The notes below the pieces were generated by a model. The model was not told the origin of the DNA and made no database searches. It worked only from the letters and a program-made list of their open reading frames with translations. The position numbers and the translations under genes are program-made. 64,000 bases of DNA. Origin: Candidatus Latescibacterota bacterium (GTDB lineage: Bacteria; Latescibacterota; CBDEFO01). Below, piece by piece: positions 20,842-32,146 of this stretch. Numbering within the stretch: the stretch's first letter is position 1; each line of letters starts with the position of its first letter. The stretch covers positions 397,974 through 461,973 of the forward strand of contig CBDEFO010000003.1 in the NCBI GenBank assembly GCA_965237525.1, in the 5' to 3' direction.

Positions 20842-22020
20842 CTATTGACTTTTTCCTTTCAATATCGAATCTGAGATCCTCTCTAACGCATCCAAGAGTA
20901 TTTCTATATCCTCATCAGAATGGGTAGCCATAAGGCTGAGCCTGAGACGGCTCGTCCCCTCTTTGACAGTAGGAGGACGTACCCCCCAAAGGAATATTCC
21001 CATTTCCAGGAGATTTAACCCCACCTCCATAGCCCGCTCAGCGTCACCTACAAAGATGGGGATAATCTGAGACTCTGAGCCCATAGTATCCAGACCCATC
21101 TTTTGGAGCTTTTGTTTGACTGTGCTTACGTTCTTCCACAACTTGGCTCTCAGGTGAGGCTCCCTTTCGACCAGATCAAGCGCGGCTATCGTTGAGGCGC
21201 ACATCTCAGGCGGCAGTGCTGTGGTATATATGTAGCTTTTGGATCTGTTCCGCAAAAAATCGACTAATTCCCCACTCCCTGCTATGAAGCCCCCAAACGT
21301 CCCTAAAGCCTTGCTTAAAGAACCCATATAGACAGGGATTTTGTTTTCTACTTTCAGGCTCTCTGTAACTCCTTTTCCCTTTTCTCCAAAGACGCCCAAG
21401 CCGTGTGCTTCGTCCACCATAAGGGATGCTCCGTACCTTTCGCAAAGGTCGGCAATCTCTCTCAAAGGCGCAATGTCTCCGTCCATCGAAAAGACGCTGT
21501 CCGTTACCACAAGCCGTCTTCTGAATTTCTGTGCTCTTGTCAGAACTTTTTCCAGGTCATCTAAATCCTGATGCTTATACACTAGCACTTTAGCTCTGGA
21601 CGTCCAGCATGCCTCGATTATGCTGGCATGGTTCTGCCTGTCTATAATAACAGTGTCGCCTTCTTGTACGAGCGATGTAATGGCACCTAAATTTGCTGTG
21701 TATCCCGATGGGAAGAGAATGGAATCCTCAAGTCCCAAGAACTCTGCTAATCTTTCTTCTAAATGGCGATGTATCTTCGTAGTTCCTGAAATGAGCCTCG
21801 ACGACGCCGTGCTGCACCCGTATTCCTCCAGAGTCTCTATTGCAGCCTCCTTCAGCTCAGGACGGTCGGCAAGACCCAAATAGTTATTCGAGCAGAAGAC
21901 TATGACCTCTTTACCGTCTACTATCGCTCTTTCTCTACAAGATCCCGAGATTATGAGTTCCCGTCGATAGAGGCCCTTTTCTTTAATCTGTCTAAGTTCG
22001 TCCTTTAGAAAATCGAGCAT
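20842..22020 (-). CDS. bioF: 8-amino-7-oxononanoate synthase
   Basis: FCSNNYLGL, NHASII, DSVFSMDGD, VDEAHG, GSLSKALG, RPPTV motifs. Confidence 0.88.
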   Translation of the reverse strand: MLDFLKDELRQIKEKGLYRRELIISGSCRERAIVDGKEVIVFCSNNYLGLADRPELKEAAIETLEEYGCSTASSRLISGTTKIHRHLEERLAEFLGLEDSILFPSGYTANLGAITSLVQEGDTVIIDRQNHASIIEACWTSRAKVLVYKHQDLDDLEKVLTRAQKFRRRLVVTDSVFSMDGDIAPLREIADLCERYGASLMVDEAHGLGVFGEKGKGVTESLKVENKIPVYMGSLSKALGTFGGFIAGSGELVDFLRNRSKSYIYTTALPPEMCASTIAALDLVEREPHLRAKLWKNVSTVKQKLQKMGLDTMGSESQIIPIFVGDAERAMEVGLNLLEMGIFLWGVRPPTVKEGTSRLRLSLMATHSDEDIEILLDALERISDSILKGKSQ

Positions 22021-22038
22021 CCTCTCCCCCTGTCTATT

Positions 22039-22087
22039 GGGCAAACACGCGGATTCGCCCCTACGTGCCTTTCCCTGTCTACTGTCT
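22039..22087. repeat. GTAG-type REP-like palindrome (GGGCAAACACGCGGATTCGCCCCTAC) and TCTACTG heptamers
   Basis: Palindrome ending CTAC, as in REP classes linked to RAYT/TnpA-REP. Confidence 0.6.
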
Positions 22088-23813
22088 AACCAGAGAGAAT
22101 GTCTGTTCTACTGTCTACTTTCTTTTGGGTCCACCAGGTAAAGTCCACATCCTCAAAGAGGCTGTCCTGTTCCTTACAGGACTCCAAGAATGCCTTATCT
22201 TCGTCGGTTATTTCTTTGTTCTTTTCGGCCATATCACAGAGGCGTTTGAAGTTCTCATAGTGCAGACTTGTCCTCGCCTCAGCGTAATCCCTTGCGTGCC
22301 ACGTGCTGATTAAAAACTGCCAGTCACTGCTTTGCAAAAGGAGGAGCTCCACAGCCGCCTGGTCTAATAGCTCTTTTAGCTGATCGTCTTCCGTCCCTTC
22401 GAATTTACCAGCCAGCTCTTCGAACCTTTCTTCCGCCTCGTAGATGTACTTCCACGTCCATTTGGTCCAATCGTTCAGCCATATATAGTGAAATCCTCCT
22501 TCGCCCCAACTGCCTTCGGGTATGTGCACAACCGCTTTGGGGCTGTGACTTTCAAGGTACTCACCGCAGGTGGCTGGGTCAATTTGGCTATCGTTGTGGA
22601 GCTTCTTTAGGACTCTGTAGATCCACCTTGGACCCTCAAACCACCAGTGACCGAAGAGTTCTCCGTCGTAGGGAGCGACTATGATCCCTTCGTCCTCATT
22701 GTAATCGGATAGTATCCCCTTAGCAAGCTCCACAAAGTGATCGGTTTGATTTTCCAAGATTTCATCTATCCTTGCTGGCTCGTACTCTTGTTTGTCGCCT
22801 AAATCAGCGTTAGTGTCTGTTACCCTCCAGTATCTGTGTCCTCCCGGAAAGTGTTTTTTGTGAAAGTCCAGATAGTCGCCGTCCCCCGGATAGCCCGATT
22901 CACCGCTCCAGACCTGAAGTGCTGTCTTTGGGTCTCTGGCAAATATGCCGACAGGCTTGTCCCCTCCCGGAGAACTTGCCAGATAGTAGGCGTAAGGTGT
23001 TTTTTCTCTATCCTCCTCTTTGGGCTGATAAGATCTGGCGAACTGCTCCCACAATCTCTTGAGGGCCTCAAACCTGTCTATATAGACGCCTACAGCTTTC
23101 CCTCCTCTCAGAAGGTGCGAATCTATTATAAAATACTCTATCCCCTCATCGAAAAGGAATTCCTCCACTCCCGCTCTTAAGGTTTTCTGACCTCCGCCCT
23201 CTTCAAGGGGCGATGCCCACTCGTATCTGGGTCTGTAAGCGCACTCTGGGAGCCAGATCCCTCGGGGTCTTCTCCCGAAATGCCTTTCGTAGGTAGTCAC
23301 TCCCCCTCGTATCTGAGCTCGCACCGAGGAATCCCTCCCCAGAAGGGGGAGATACCCGTGTGTGGCAGCCGATGTGATGATCTCTATATGCCCGTCGTCC
23401 TGGAGCTTTCTGAACGCGCTTGTGATGTCTGTCTTGTATCTGTTCTCAAAATGATCTCCTACCCTCCCGTAGAAGTCGATCCAACATTGCGCAAGATACG
23501 CTTTGTGACCGTCTCCATATCTTTGGAATTCATCCCTATCGGTCTGAGCCGACTCTATCTTCTGCTTAAGGTATCCCTCGAAGTTCTGCTTGAATCTCCT
23601 GTCCTTAAGCTGCTCGCATAATACCGGGGTCAAGCCCACTGTGATCTTGGGAGAAATGCCTTCAGCTTCAAGGTCGTACAGCGCATCTAGGACGGGGATG
23701 TAGGTCTCCGAAGCGGCCTCATTCAGCCAATCTAAGCCGTGAGGCCATCGTCCGTGCGATATGACGTAGGGAAGATGGTTGTGCAAAACCAAAGCGAAGT
23801 AACCTTTTGCCAT
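22086..23813 (-). CDS. GH57 1,4-alpha-glucan branching enzyme (DUF1957)
   Basis: HNHLPYV, ETYIP, WLPECAY, DGELFGHWWFEG, QSSDWQF motifs. Confidence 0.93.
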   Translation of the reverse strand: MAKGYFALVLHNHLPYVISHGRWPHGLDWLNEAASETYIPVLDALYDLEAEGISPKITVGLTPVLCEQLKDRRFKQNFEGYLKQKIESAQTDRDEFQRYGDGHKAYLAQCWIDFYGRVGDHFENRYKTDITSAFRKLQDDGHIEIITSAATHGYLPLLGRDSSVRAQIRGGVTTYERHFGRRPRGIWLPECAYRPRYEWASPLEEGGGQKTLRAGVEEFLFDEGIEYFIIDSHLLRGGKAVGVYIDRFEALKRLWEQFARSYQPKEEDREKTPYAYYLASSPGGDKPVGIFARDPKTALQVWSGESGYPGDGDYLDFHKKHFPGGHRYWRVTDTNADLGDKQEYEPARIDEILENQTDHFVELAKGILSDYNEDEGIIVAPYDGELFGHWWFEGPRWIYRVLKKLHNDSQIDPATCGEYLESHSPKAVVHIPEGSWGEGGFHYIWLNDWTKWTWKYIYEAEERFEELAGKFEGTEDDQLKELLDQAAVELLLLQSSDWQFLISTWHARDYAEARTSLHYENFKRLCDMAEKNKEITDEDKAFLESCKEQDSLFEDVDFTWWTQKKVDSRTDILSG

Positions 23814-23867
23814 TAAAATCGTCTCCTGGTTTAGTAGGGTCGAACCCAAGTGTTCACCCAATTTTCA

Positions 23868-23893
23868 GGGCAGACACGCGGGTCTGCCCCTAC
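23868..23893. repeat. GTAG-type REP-like palindrome GGGCAGACACGCGGGTCTGCCCCTAC
   Basis: Imperfect palindrome with GTAG tetranucleotide on the minus strand. Confidence 0.7.
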
Positions 23894-23982
23894 AGATTCT
23901 TACTGCCTACCTGAAGCCTGCTATTCTACGACATTTCTTGGCTGGCCCTCCCTTTGGCTCTGGGCTTCCTCGACCCCCGATC

Positions 23983-25437
23983 TTATACTTCTTTTTCCTT
24001 CCATTTGCCTCTCTTGAACCAGTATATCATTAACGACCCTCTAACAATCCCTGTGACGCTGATGGCCCATCAGACGCCGTTTATGCCCAGGGGGATCGAA
24101 AAATAATGTGCAAGGGGGATTCTGGCTATATTCAACGGAACCGAGATTACGGTTGGCGGGATAGTATCTCCCGCTCCTCCGAACGCTCCCTCCAAAACCG
24201 ATTCAATTCCCATGAAGATCTCCGCGATTGCGATGATCTTTAGATAATTGGAGCCAATTCTTACAACTTCCGAATCCGATATAAAAATCGAGATAATGTA
24301 AGCTGGCAAGGTAAGATATATGACGGCGAAAAAACCGTTTATTACCGAGAGTATGCCACAGGTCTGCCAGGCCGTGGACTCTGCTCTTCGGGGTTTGCCC
24401 GCTCCCATGTTCTGTCCTACCAGAGTCGAAACTGCTGTGGAAAACGCTATGGCTATCATGTAGGATATAGACTGGACCTTATGTCCTGCTCCGAGAGCCG
24501 CTACTGCCTCTGTCCCGAATTTAGTTGTGATTTTGGTCAAGAAGATGAAGACGATGCATATCAAAAATCCCGCTACAGCTACCGGTATTCCTATCCTCAG
24601 TATCCTCCACATCAACTTCAAGTCGAGCTTTTTACCGCCAAACGATATTTGGATTGTCTTGGCTCTGCTCAAGAGGATGTAGAAAGCCACGATGATTCCT
24701 GTCGCTCTGGAGATGACAGTAGCAAGGGCGGCCCCCGCCACTTCCATCCTCGGAAAGGGTCCCAGGCCGAAGATTAAAAATGGGTCCAGTGCGGCATTCA
24801 AAAGGACTGACATAAAGAGCACTTTCATAGGAGTCTTCGTATCACCGCTTCCCCGAAAGATAGCATTTATCGTCGTAAAGAGGAAGATCGTTAAGACTCC
24901 CCCAAAGATCGTGCGCAGGTACCCTGTACCCATGGAGGTTACATCTTCGGCAGTGCCCATAAGGTCAAAAAGAGAAAAGCTGAAGTAAAGCCCCAGAGTC
25001 CCCACGATCGCAGAAAATATGACACAAAGGACTAACCCCTGGCCGGCCACGTAGGAAGCCGTCTTTGTGTCGCCTGACCCCGTACACCGCGCCACCATTG
25101 CTGTTACTCCTACAGCGATCATCTCCGTCAGTGCAAATACGCTCCAGACTACGAATCCGGCAGTGCTGACAGCCGCCAGGGCAGCCGGACCCAATCTCCC
25201 GACCCAAATGGCATCTACTATATTGAAGGCGGTCTGAAGGAGCATAGAGACCACGATGGGCCATGCTAAAAACACTATGTTTTTAGATATGTTCCCTGTA
25301 ATTAGTCTGTTATCCGCAGTCTTTTGCAATGTTTCTTGCAAAGCTTCTTTCCTCTGTCTATAAAGAAAAGTTGCTGTATCCTCTTTGCTTGATACTCGAC
25401 TCCCTGTCTGATAGTTTCTCGCATCAAATAATAACAA
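23983..25437 (-). CDS. MATE-family efflux transporter with an in-frame TGA at 24070-24072 (start uncertain)
   Basis: VDAIWVGRLG, GSGDTKTPM, GQNMGAG motifs; frame continues WAISVTGIVRG...WFKRGKWKEKEV* past the TGA. Confidence 0.88.
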
Positions 25438-25853
25438 TGGCGGAAGACAAAGTCAATCAAAATGCAGAAAGATTCCACAAATCCCTAAGTACAGTTGACC
25501 TCTGGCAAGATCGGGGCAGCTTTAGGAACACAATTCATAAGGCAAGATTGAAACTCTCTTCATAAGGAAGATTAAGATGTAGTGGCATAACGTGTGGCCA
25601 CTGCAAGCAGACGGTGCGGGAGGAATTGCCGGGGCAACAAAAAGGTCGTAGGTGACCTTGCCATCCCTGATCGATTCTATCGGGGAAGAACCTTTTGGGG
25701 GACAAAGGAATTGGAGGTCTTAAAAAAAGCCGTGGCAGATGATAAAAGCGGAAAAGTGAAGATCACTGTCGAAAAGGAAGGTGCTCCTGACGCAGATCTA
25801 ATTGGAAATCTGAACACGCACGATATGCCGAGCAATTCTAGTGCCGGACGAAG

Positions 25854-26963
25854 CTAGGCGATTAGCTGATCTGCAAGCTCACGGTACTGCCCGGCGAGTG
25901 TTGGCAGCCTCTGTGTGTCACGTTCAATCATCGACGCGACTTTGGGCTGCACCGTCAATCGATCTTCGAGGAATACAGAACTGCACGCTTTATGAAGGTA
26001 GTTAACCAATCCAAGCTCCAAGTCTTCGCGCGTCAGTGTTGCTTTCTTTCTGTACGCGTGTATGAAGTGAGACGCCTTTTCCACGTTCGAAGGGCCAAAA
26101 CCTGAATTGAAGCACGCAAGCATTATGAACATCACCACATCCTCGACTGCGTGACCAGTCCGAACGTCTTCGAGGTCAAGCAGGGCGGTCACATCGCCAT
26201 CGCTGTTGAATAGCAGGTTCTCGTTATGGTAGTCACCATGGATTAGCGTGGATGACCCAACCGCCATATTTTCAGCTTCTCGAAGTCTCGTCAGTATTTT
26301 CGCCTTAATCGTCAATAAACGGGTGACGAGATCTGCACTGTCTTTCCGTTGGAATTTCCGCATTGTTCGATGCAAGCGTCTCATTGCGGTCGAATGGTCT
26401 GTGCGCTGCTGATCCGAAGACTCAAGCCGTAGATAAGAGGAAGCGCGGAGCTCGTGCAGCTTGACCAAGAGTGCCGCAGCTTTGCTGAGCGAGTTCTGTG
26501 TTAGCGAGCGTTCGTGCAGGGTAACGCCAGGGACTAATGGATATAGTGCGTACATTCTTCCTTGAATGAGAGCGTGACGGTCACCGGTGACGCTTTCAAC
26601 AGGCTCAACAACCGGTATGCCGTTGTTCTTAAGGAATATAGTAACTGCCTCAAGTCTCAGTGACGTTGCTACTGAACCCTGATATCGTTTCAGAATCAGC
26701 TCACGCTCACCACATCTGACGACGTAGTTTTCTGCGGATACGCCACCCGCATACTTAACGACACTGATGTCCGAGGTAGCGTATTTCTCGCACAGCTCCC
26801 GAATTATACTGTGGCCCAAATATCTTATCGTGTCCCTGCGTTCGCGAGGATCATCTCGGGGACACGGCATTCCCTGGCCATGGCCCACTTTCCGCGGTAA
26901 ACTCCAAGATCGAGTTTCTGATCTAATCTGCGACTTCTCCCTATAAAAGCTAAGGTAATGCAT
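25854..26963 (-). CDS. APH/homoserine-kinase-II-like phosphotransferase (true start probably downstream)
   Basis: GGVSAENY, IHGDYHNENLLF, LLDLED motifs. Confidence 0.82.
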   Translation of the reverse strand: MHYLSFYREKSQIRSETRSWSLPRKVGHGQGMPCPRDDPRERRDTIRYLGHSIIRELCEKYATSDISVVKYAGGVSAENYVVRCGERELILKRYQGSVATSLRLEAVTIFLKNNGIPVVEPVESVTGDRHALIQGRMYALYPLVPGVTLHERSLTQNSLSKAAALLVKLHELRASSYLRLESSDQQRTDHSTAMRRLHRTMRKFQRKDSADLVTRLLTIKAKILTRLREAENMAVGSSTLIHGDYHNENLLFNSDGDVTALLDLEDVRTGHAVEDVVMFIMLACFNSGFGPSNVEKASHFIHAYRKKATLTREDLELGLVNYLHKACSSVFLEDRLTVQPKVASMIERDTQRLPTLAGQYRELADQLIA

Positions 26964-27017
26964 AACTAAGGTTGCACTAATTTAGCTCTTGGACAGCTTG
27001 TTGATAGAGTAGTTTTC

Positions 27018-27781
27018 TTATAAGTGGAAGGAGATTTTCGTGGCGATGGTTGAAGCGCCACTCGACCTCTTTAAGATAAAGGTAGAAGTAGTTCTTGTCA
27101 ACACCTCCCCGATAGAATCAATCGGGGATCGCTGGTAAAGCCAGTGTTTGGCATATGACCAGAAGCCTTCCACTGCATTGAGGTGATCTTTTCCTTTAGC
27201 TATGCCCTTCTCTTTTGGAACTACCACGTGGTTGCCGCTGATAGAAAGGGGGGCATAGGCTATCCAATTATCGGTGCAATACAAGCTCCCTTGTCTGGTG
27301 TGTTGGGCAATAAGAGGAAGCAGTGACTATCGACTCCTTGAACAGACAGGGAAGGTCAACACCCTACCTTTTCTCTGATATATCCCAAAGACTATCTGCT
27401 TGCCATAAGCACCCCAACCTATCTTAGCAGATCTTCTACCACCAAAGAGAGTCTCATCCATCTCAAGTTCACCTTCAAGGGGTTCAAACTCCCCGAAAGT
27501 GTGGTGGTAGATCGCCTTTCTGATGATCCGATACCAGCGCTCCATCCCCGATAGAATCAATCGGGGACCTGTCCTTGTGTATGGAATCTGGAATCGCACC
27601 CCCGATAGGTTCAATCGGGAGGAGATATTCGAGTCTTCTGCCAGAAGGTGGTGGTCAGTTTCCTGGTCGATCCCCAATTGAGTCTATTGGGGATGAATTT
27701 ACACTTACGACAGCGTAACTGATCAGTCTTGAGTAGCCAAAATTTTCTTCCCCTGCAGCTAGGTCAATTTTTCTACTGCAT
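27018..27781 (-). pseudogene. IS1595-family (ISXO2-like) transposase remnant
   Basis: Cys-rich N-terminus, EMDETLFGG, VFGI, YCTDNW.AY, HLNAVEGFWSYAK; stops, frameshifts and four 21-bp inserts. Confidence 0.85.
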
Positions 27782-27916
27782 TACCTTTTTCGATATTCAA
27801 GGGGTATTGTTATCTGCTCCTGCTTCGTGACTTTGTTGTAAGCATTCTAATCAGTAATACTGGGAGTATTATCTGTATATAAACTTTTCTATTCTTTATC
27901 CCAATTTTGTTTAGCA

Positions 27917-28201
27917 TTATATATCATCCAAGCTCCTAATGTCTCCTACATATTCAGCTCCACACCTTACCAGCATATCCGTGAGCAGGTAGCAATGGCA
28001 AAATGAATCCGCCCGACTAGAACAGGCTACGATTATCTCCTCCAAATTGAGAACCTCGTCCCATCGCTGTCTATTATCCCGATAACTTGCCCGCATCATC
28101 CTATAATATTCGTGAGTGTATTCCTCCTCAGTCATTCTACCTTGTTTAGTTCCCATTACGATCTTCCAGGCCGGTGCACATACTTTGTCACCTGATTTCA
28201 C
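27917..28201 (-). pseudogene. DUF488-like protein fragment
   Basis: LDVTVKSG..AP.W...EY...M..SY and C....FCH pattern; no clear start. Confidence 0.45.
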
Positions 28202-28485
28202 AGTGACGTCTAGTACACCTTGACAGTTAGCATTGTGATTAGAGAAGCCTTAGCTGAGAAATAATAGCTCCAAAAGTTAGGTAGTTTTCGGTGCCAAATA
28301 GACAAGAAACGCCGATAACAGATCCCAAGCCGGGATTAAAAACGTGCATGGTGCAACCCACCTAGTGGCTAAGGTAACACTTTTTTAGATCTCGAATTTA
28401 ACGTCAAAGTATTGGTTTACAACCGTTTACCGATTTTAGGCGCGGCTAAAAGTGTACCCTGTTTTGAAGATGCCAAAAAAAGTTC

Positions 28486-28526
28486 TTGACAAAAGAGGAA
28501 AGTTGCTGTATATTTAACACTGTTAA
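28486..28526 (+). promoter_or_regulatory. tetR promoter with overlapping palindromic operator
   Basis: TTGACA-N17-TATATT followed by TTAACACTGTTAA (28514-28526). Confidence 0.75.
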
Positions 28527-28558
28527 GTATAATTACTACGTAAATTGAAAGCGAAACA

Positions 28559-29164
28559 ATGGGTATTCAAGAACGCAGAGCAAAGGAAAAAAAGAGGTTG
28601 CGCCAGCAGATTCTCGATGCAGCCCGCGAGCTGTTCGTCAATGAAGGCTACGAGAACGTCTCGATGCGAAAGGTGGCCCGCAAGATCGAGTACTCGCCGA
28701 CGACGATCTACCTCTATTTCAAAGACAGGGCAGAGCTTCTGGAATCTGTTTGCCATAAGACGTTCGTTAACTTGCAGAGCAGGCTTGAAACACTTTTTAA
28801 GGACCTGAGCGACCCTGTCGAAACCCTACGAAAATGTACACATGCTTATGCCGAATTCGGCCTCAAATATCCGGAGGATTACAAACTTACGTTTATCATC
28901 CGTCCTCAGTACCAGAGGGGTTTAGGCCTGAAAAAGGGATCCCCTGCCGAAAAGATTTTCAACTACCTGCATGCTGTGATCAAAGAATGTATTCAACAGA
29001 AGAAATTCCGCCAGGTGGATGTCGAAACCACCAGTCAGGCGATATGGTCAGCGGTTCATGGCGTCACATCGCTGGTCATTACTTTTCCCGATTTTCCCTG
29101 GGTGGATAGAGAAGAATTGATCACCCAGGTCATCGACACGATGATCGAAGGCCTGAGGGCATAG
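28559..29164 (+). CDS. TetR/AcrR-family regulator (WHG-like C-terminus)
   Basis: VSMRKVARKIEYSPTTIYLYF; WSAVHG. Confidence 0.93.
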   Translation: MGIQERRAKEKKRLRQQILDAARELFVNEGYENVSMRKVARKIEYSPTTIYLYFKDRAELLESVCHKTFVNLQSRLETLFKDLSDPVETLRKCTHAYAEFGLKYPEDYKLTFIIRPQYQRGLGLKKGSPAEKIFNYLHAVIKECIQQKKFRQVDVETTSQAIWSAVHGVTSLVITFPDFPWVDREELITQVIDTMIEGLRA

Positions 29165-29195
29165 ATTTTTTCTAAAAAGTAGAAAAGAGATAGCA

Positions 29196-30389
29196 ATGAC
29201 GATTACAGCACATGAATACTTGAGTCGAATGGAAAGTTTGCAGCATGAAGTTGCTGAACATGGCCTTGAAGCCTTCTTGGTCTCAAGCGAAGAGAGCATC
29301 TACTACCTGACGGGTGTTTCCTATCGACCTTTTTTGAGAGGCCCTTCTTCATCATTGTCCGGCCTGAAGCAGTCGCAACGTTTCTCGTGCCCACTCTTGA
29401 AAAAGACCATCTGCAACAGGCACCAAATGTGAGCGAGGTACAAACGTACTGGGATTACCCTTCATCACCTGGGCAGGGATGGCCAGAACGACTCCTTGAC
29501 ATCATTAGCAACGCCTCAAAACTGGGCGTTGAACCGGGGAGCCTACCCCAAGAAATCTCTGGTTGCCTTACAAACCATTCCACGCAGGTTCTACCACTGG
29601 TAGAGGAATTGCGACTCACTAAGGTCGCCAGCAGAGATTCAGATGGTGCGTCAGGCAGCACGTTATGCCCATCTGGGTATGGAAAAGGTTATCGGTGTAT
29701 CGTACTATGGCGTTTCTGTGATGGAGCTATTCGCGCAGGCTCGAGCTGTTCAGATGCAGATATTGAAAGACACCGATTATGACGTCCTTACGACCAGTGT
29801 TCTTCTTGGCGCCTGGCCAGCCCCCTTAAGTGCTCAACCCCACGCAGTACCATCCCTATATGACCGCTTGAAAGAAGGTCCTCATATTGCACTGGCGCTG
29901 TTGCGAGTCAATGGCTATGCCGCCGAGTGCGAACGTACGTACTTTCTCTCTCAGCCAGATGCTGAAGTGAAAGAAGCCTTCGCCTCTATACAAGAGGCCC
30001 GAAGGCGAGCGGTTGCCCTGATACGACAAGGTGTCAGATGTGCTGAAGTTGATGCTGCTGCCAATGGGTTTCTTCGAGAAAAGGGATATGGTGATTATCT
30101 ATTGCACCGAACCGGTCACGGCATCGGGTTAGGAAATCACGAGGGGCCGTGGGTGGCCGAAGGAAGTGAAGAGTTTCTCGAAGAAAACATGCTCATCAGC
30201 GTTGAGCCCGGCATCTATCTGCCGGGAATTGGTGGGCTGCGGCACTCTGACACAGTTCTGGTGACCAAAGATGGTTACGAACTGCTAACACAATATCCTA
30301 TTGATCTGGAAGCCCTAACCATTCAGTCGTACAAACCAATCCGCCGTCTTATTGGAGCTTTTACACGCTGGGTAGTGGGTATCACATAA
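29196..30389 (+). pseudogene. M24 Xaa-Pro peptidase split by two frameshifts (may be sequencing error)
   Basis: Three overlapping ORFs give a creatinase N-domain plus HRTGHGIG, EPGIY, RHSDT. Confidence 0.8.
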
Positions 30390-30439
30390 GCTTCAGAGAC
30401 TACCTCGCATGACATCGTCTATTTTTTTTGCTCGGATGG

Positions 30440-30452
30440 TTAACACTGTTAA
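30440..30452. promoter_or_regulatory. Second copy of the putative TetR operator
   Basis: TTAACACTGTTAA upstream of the M20 peptidase. Confidence 0.65.
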
Positions 30453-30569
30453 GTTGCCACGGCCTGCAGTCCAATTTGCTTTGATCGGCGCTACGATCCT
30501 CAATATCGACGACCAACAGGTCATTGGGGTTATCCCTGCTAAAGGGACACAACAAAGGAGGATGTACCA

Positions 30570-32063
30570 ATGAAACGGGTATTGTTTGTCATCGTATTTG
30601 GTCTGATGTTCTTGGTTGCCGTGATCCTGATAAGGACACTGCGCTTCACTACCAAACAGTTTCAGGTAGATGCGCCAGCGCCGATTGCCCTCAATCGAGA
30701 CCAGATTGCCAGGCATCTTTCGGAGGCCATCCAATTTAAGACCATCTCATTTCAGGACTCTAAGCAATTTGATACCGAGGAATTCCTCGGTCTGCATCAG
30801 TATCTCGAACAGACGTTTCCTATGGTTCACGCGACCTTGGCGAAGGAAGTTGTCGGGGACTTGAGCCTTCTTTACACCTGGGAGGGAAGTGAGTCGAAGG
30901 AGAAGCCGATTCTTCTGTGTGCCCATATAGACGTTGTGCCTGTCGAGTCCGAAAAGAAGGGCGATTGGACCTACCCTCCTTTCGAGGGACGTATCGCCGA
31001 GGGCTACATCTGGGGCCGAGGCACCATGGATGTCAAAGTTGGCGTTTTAGGGATACTTGAGGCTGTAGAAACGCTATTGGGAAAAGGTTTCCAGCCCCAA
31101 CGCACGATTTATCTGGCCTTTGGCCACGATGAGGAGACAGGAGGGCAAAGGGGAGCTGCCAGGATTGCCGCACTTTTGCATTCCAGGGGAATCGAACTCG
31201 AGTATATGCTCGACGAAGGTCTCGTCATTACTGACGGAATCTTGCCGGGCGTTTCCAGGTCAGTTGCACTGGTTGGCATAGCTGAGAAAGGCAAGGTCAG
31301 TATCAAGTTCACTGTCGAAGGCAGAGGAGGACACGCCTCAATGCCCCCACCACACACCACCATTAGCATCCTTAGCACTGCCATACACAACCTTGAAAGA
31401 CATCAACCGTCGCCAAGAATCGAGGGACCCGTTCGGCAGATGTTCGAGTATGTAGGGCCGGAAATGCCTTTTTGGGGGCGGATGGCATTCGCGAACATCT
31501 GGTGTTTTGGGCGATTGATCGAGCGAAAACTTTCCACATCGCGAGCGACAAATGCCCTGATCAGAACCACTATGGCGCCGACGATTTTCAAGTCCGGCGT
31601 AGAGGAAGATGTATTACCGAAAAGCGCCGAGGCAGTCGTGAACTTTCGGATTCTTCCCAGCGACAGTATTGCAGGCGTTGTGGAACGTGCAAGCCGGGCC
31701 ATTGACGACACACTAGTGAAAATTCGGCTTTTGAAACACAGTGCCTTTCAGCCATCCGTCGTGTCGGACATAGCATCTCCGAGTTTTAAGATGCTTCAGC
31801 GAACGATCCATCAGGTCTTTCCAGACGTTATTGTCGCTCCCTCCCTGTTCATAGCAGCGAGCGACTCACGACATTTCGCTGCGCTGACCCGCAACATCTA
31901 TCGGTTCGTTCCGATGCGGCTCAAGGGCGAGGATCTCAAGAGACTCCATGGTCGTGACGAACGCATCTCCGTCGATAACTACGAAGAGATTGTGAGATTT
32001 TACATTCAGTTGATTCATAATTCTTCGTCCGACGTGCGGCCCACCACGCCATCTGACCCGTAA
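30570..32063 (+). CDS. M20 peptidase (PM20D1/carboxypeptidase S-like) with N-terminal anchor
   Basis: AHIDVVP, GRGTMDVK, GHDEE, GGHAS, HGRDERI motifs. Confidence 0.92.
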   Translation: MKRVLFVIVFGLMFLVAVILIRTLRFTTKQFQVDAPAPIALNRDQIARHLSEAIQFKTISFQDSKQFDTEEFLGLHQYLEQTFPMVHATLAKEVVGDLSLLYTWEGSESKEKPILLCAHIDVVPVESEKKGDWTYPPFEGRIAEGYIWGRGTMDVKVGVLGILEAVETLLGKGFQPQRTIYLAFGHDEETGGQRGAARIAALLHSRGIELEYMLDEGLVITDGILPGVSRSVALVGIAEKGKVSIKFTVEGRGGHASMPPPHTTISILSTAIHNLERHQPSPRIEGPVRQMFEYVGPEMPFWGRMAFANIWCFGRLIERKLSTSRATNALIRTTMAPTIFKSGVEEDVLPKSAEAVVNFRILPSDSIAGVVERASRAIDDTLVKIRLLKHSAFQPSVVSDIASPSFKMLQRTIHQVFPDVIVAPSLFIAASDSRHFAALTRNIYRFVPMRLKGEDLKRLHGRDERISVDNYEEIVRFYIQLIHNSSSDVRPTTPSDP

Positions 32064-32146
32064 GGCCGCACGTCTCCCTCGGCATGTTGTCTATCTAACA
32101 AATTTCGGCACGAAAACAAAAAGTTTTTGAAGAAGGGAGGAGAAAG

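Noticed and set aside
24070..24072. Alternative genetic code (TGA=Trp) or selenocysteine
   Set aside because: TGA is a normal stop in many genes here, Trp is TGG elsewhere, and the site is not a Cys position.
25594..25857. 87-aa plus-strand ORF as a real gene
   Set aside because: It contains a hairpin-element copy, has no recognisable motif and is preceded by ATG-TAG; probably decayed sequence.
27107..27692. Clustered 21-bp palindromes as a CRISPR array
   Set aside because: Spacing is irregular (about 420, 33, 51 bp), orientation is mixed, the spacers are transposase coding sequence, and no cas genes are present.
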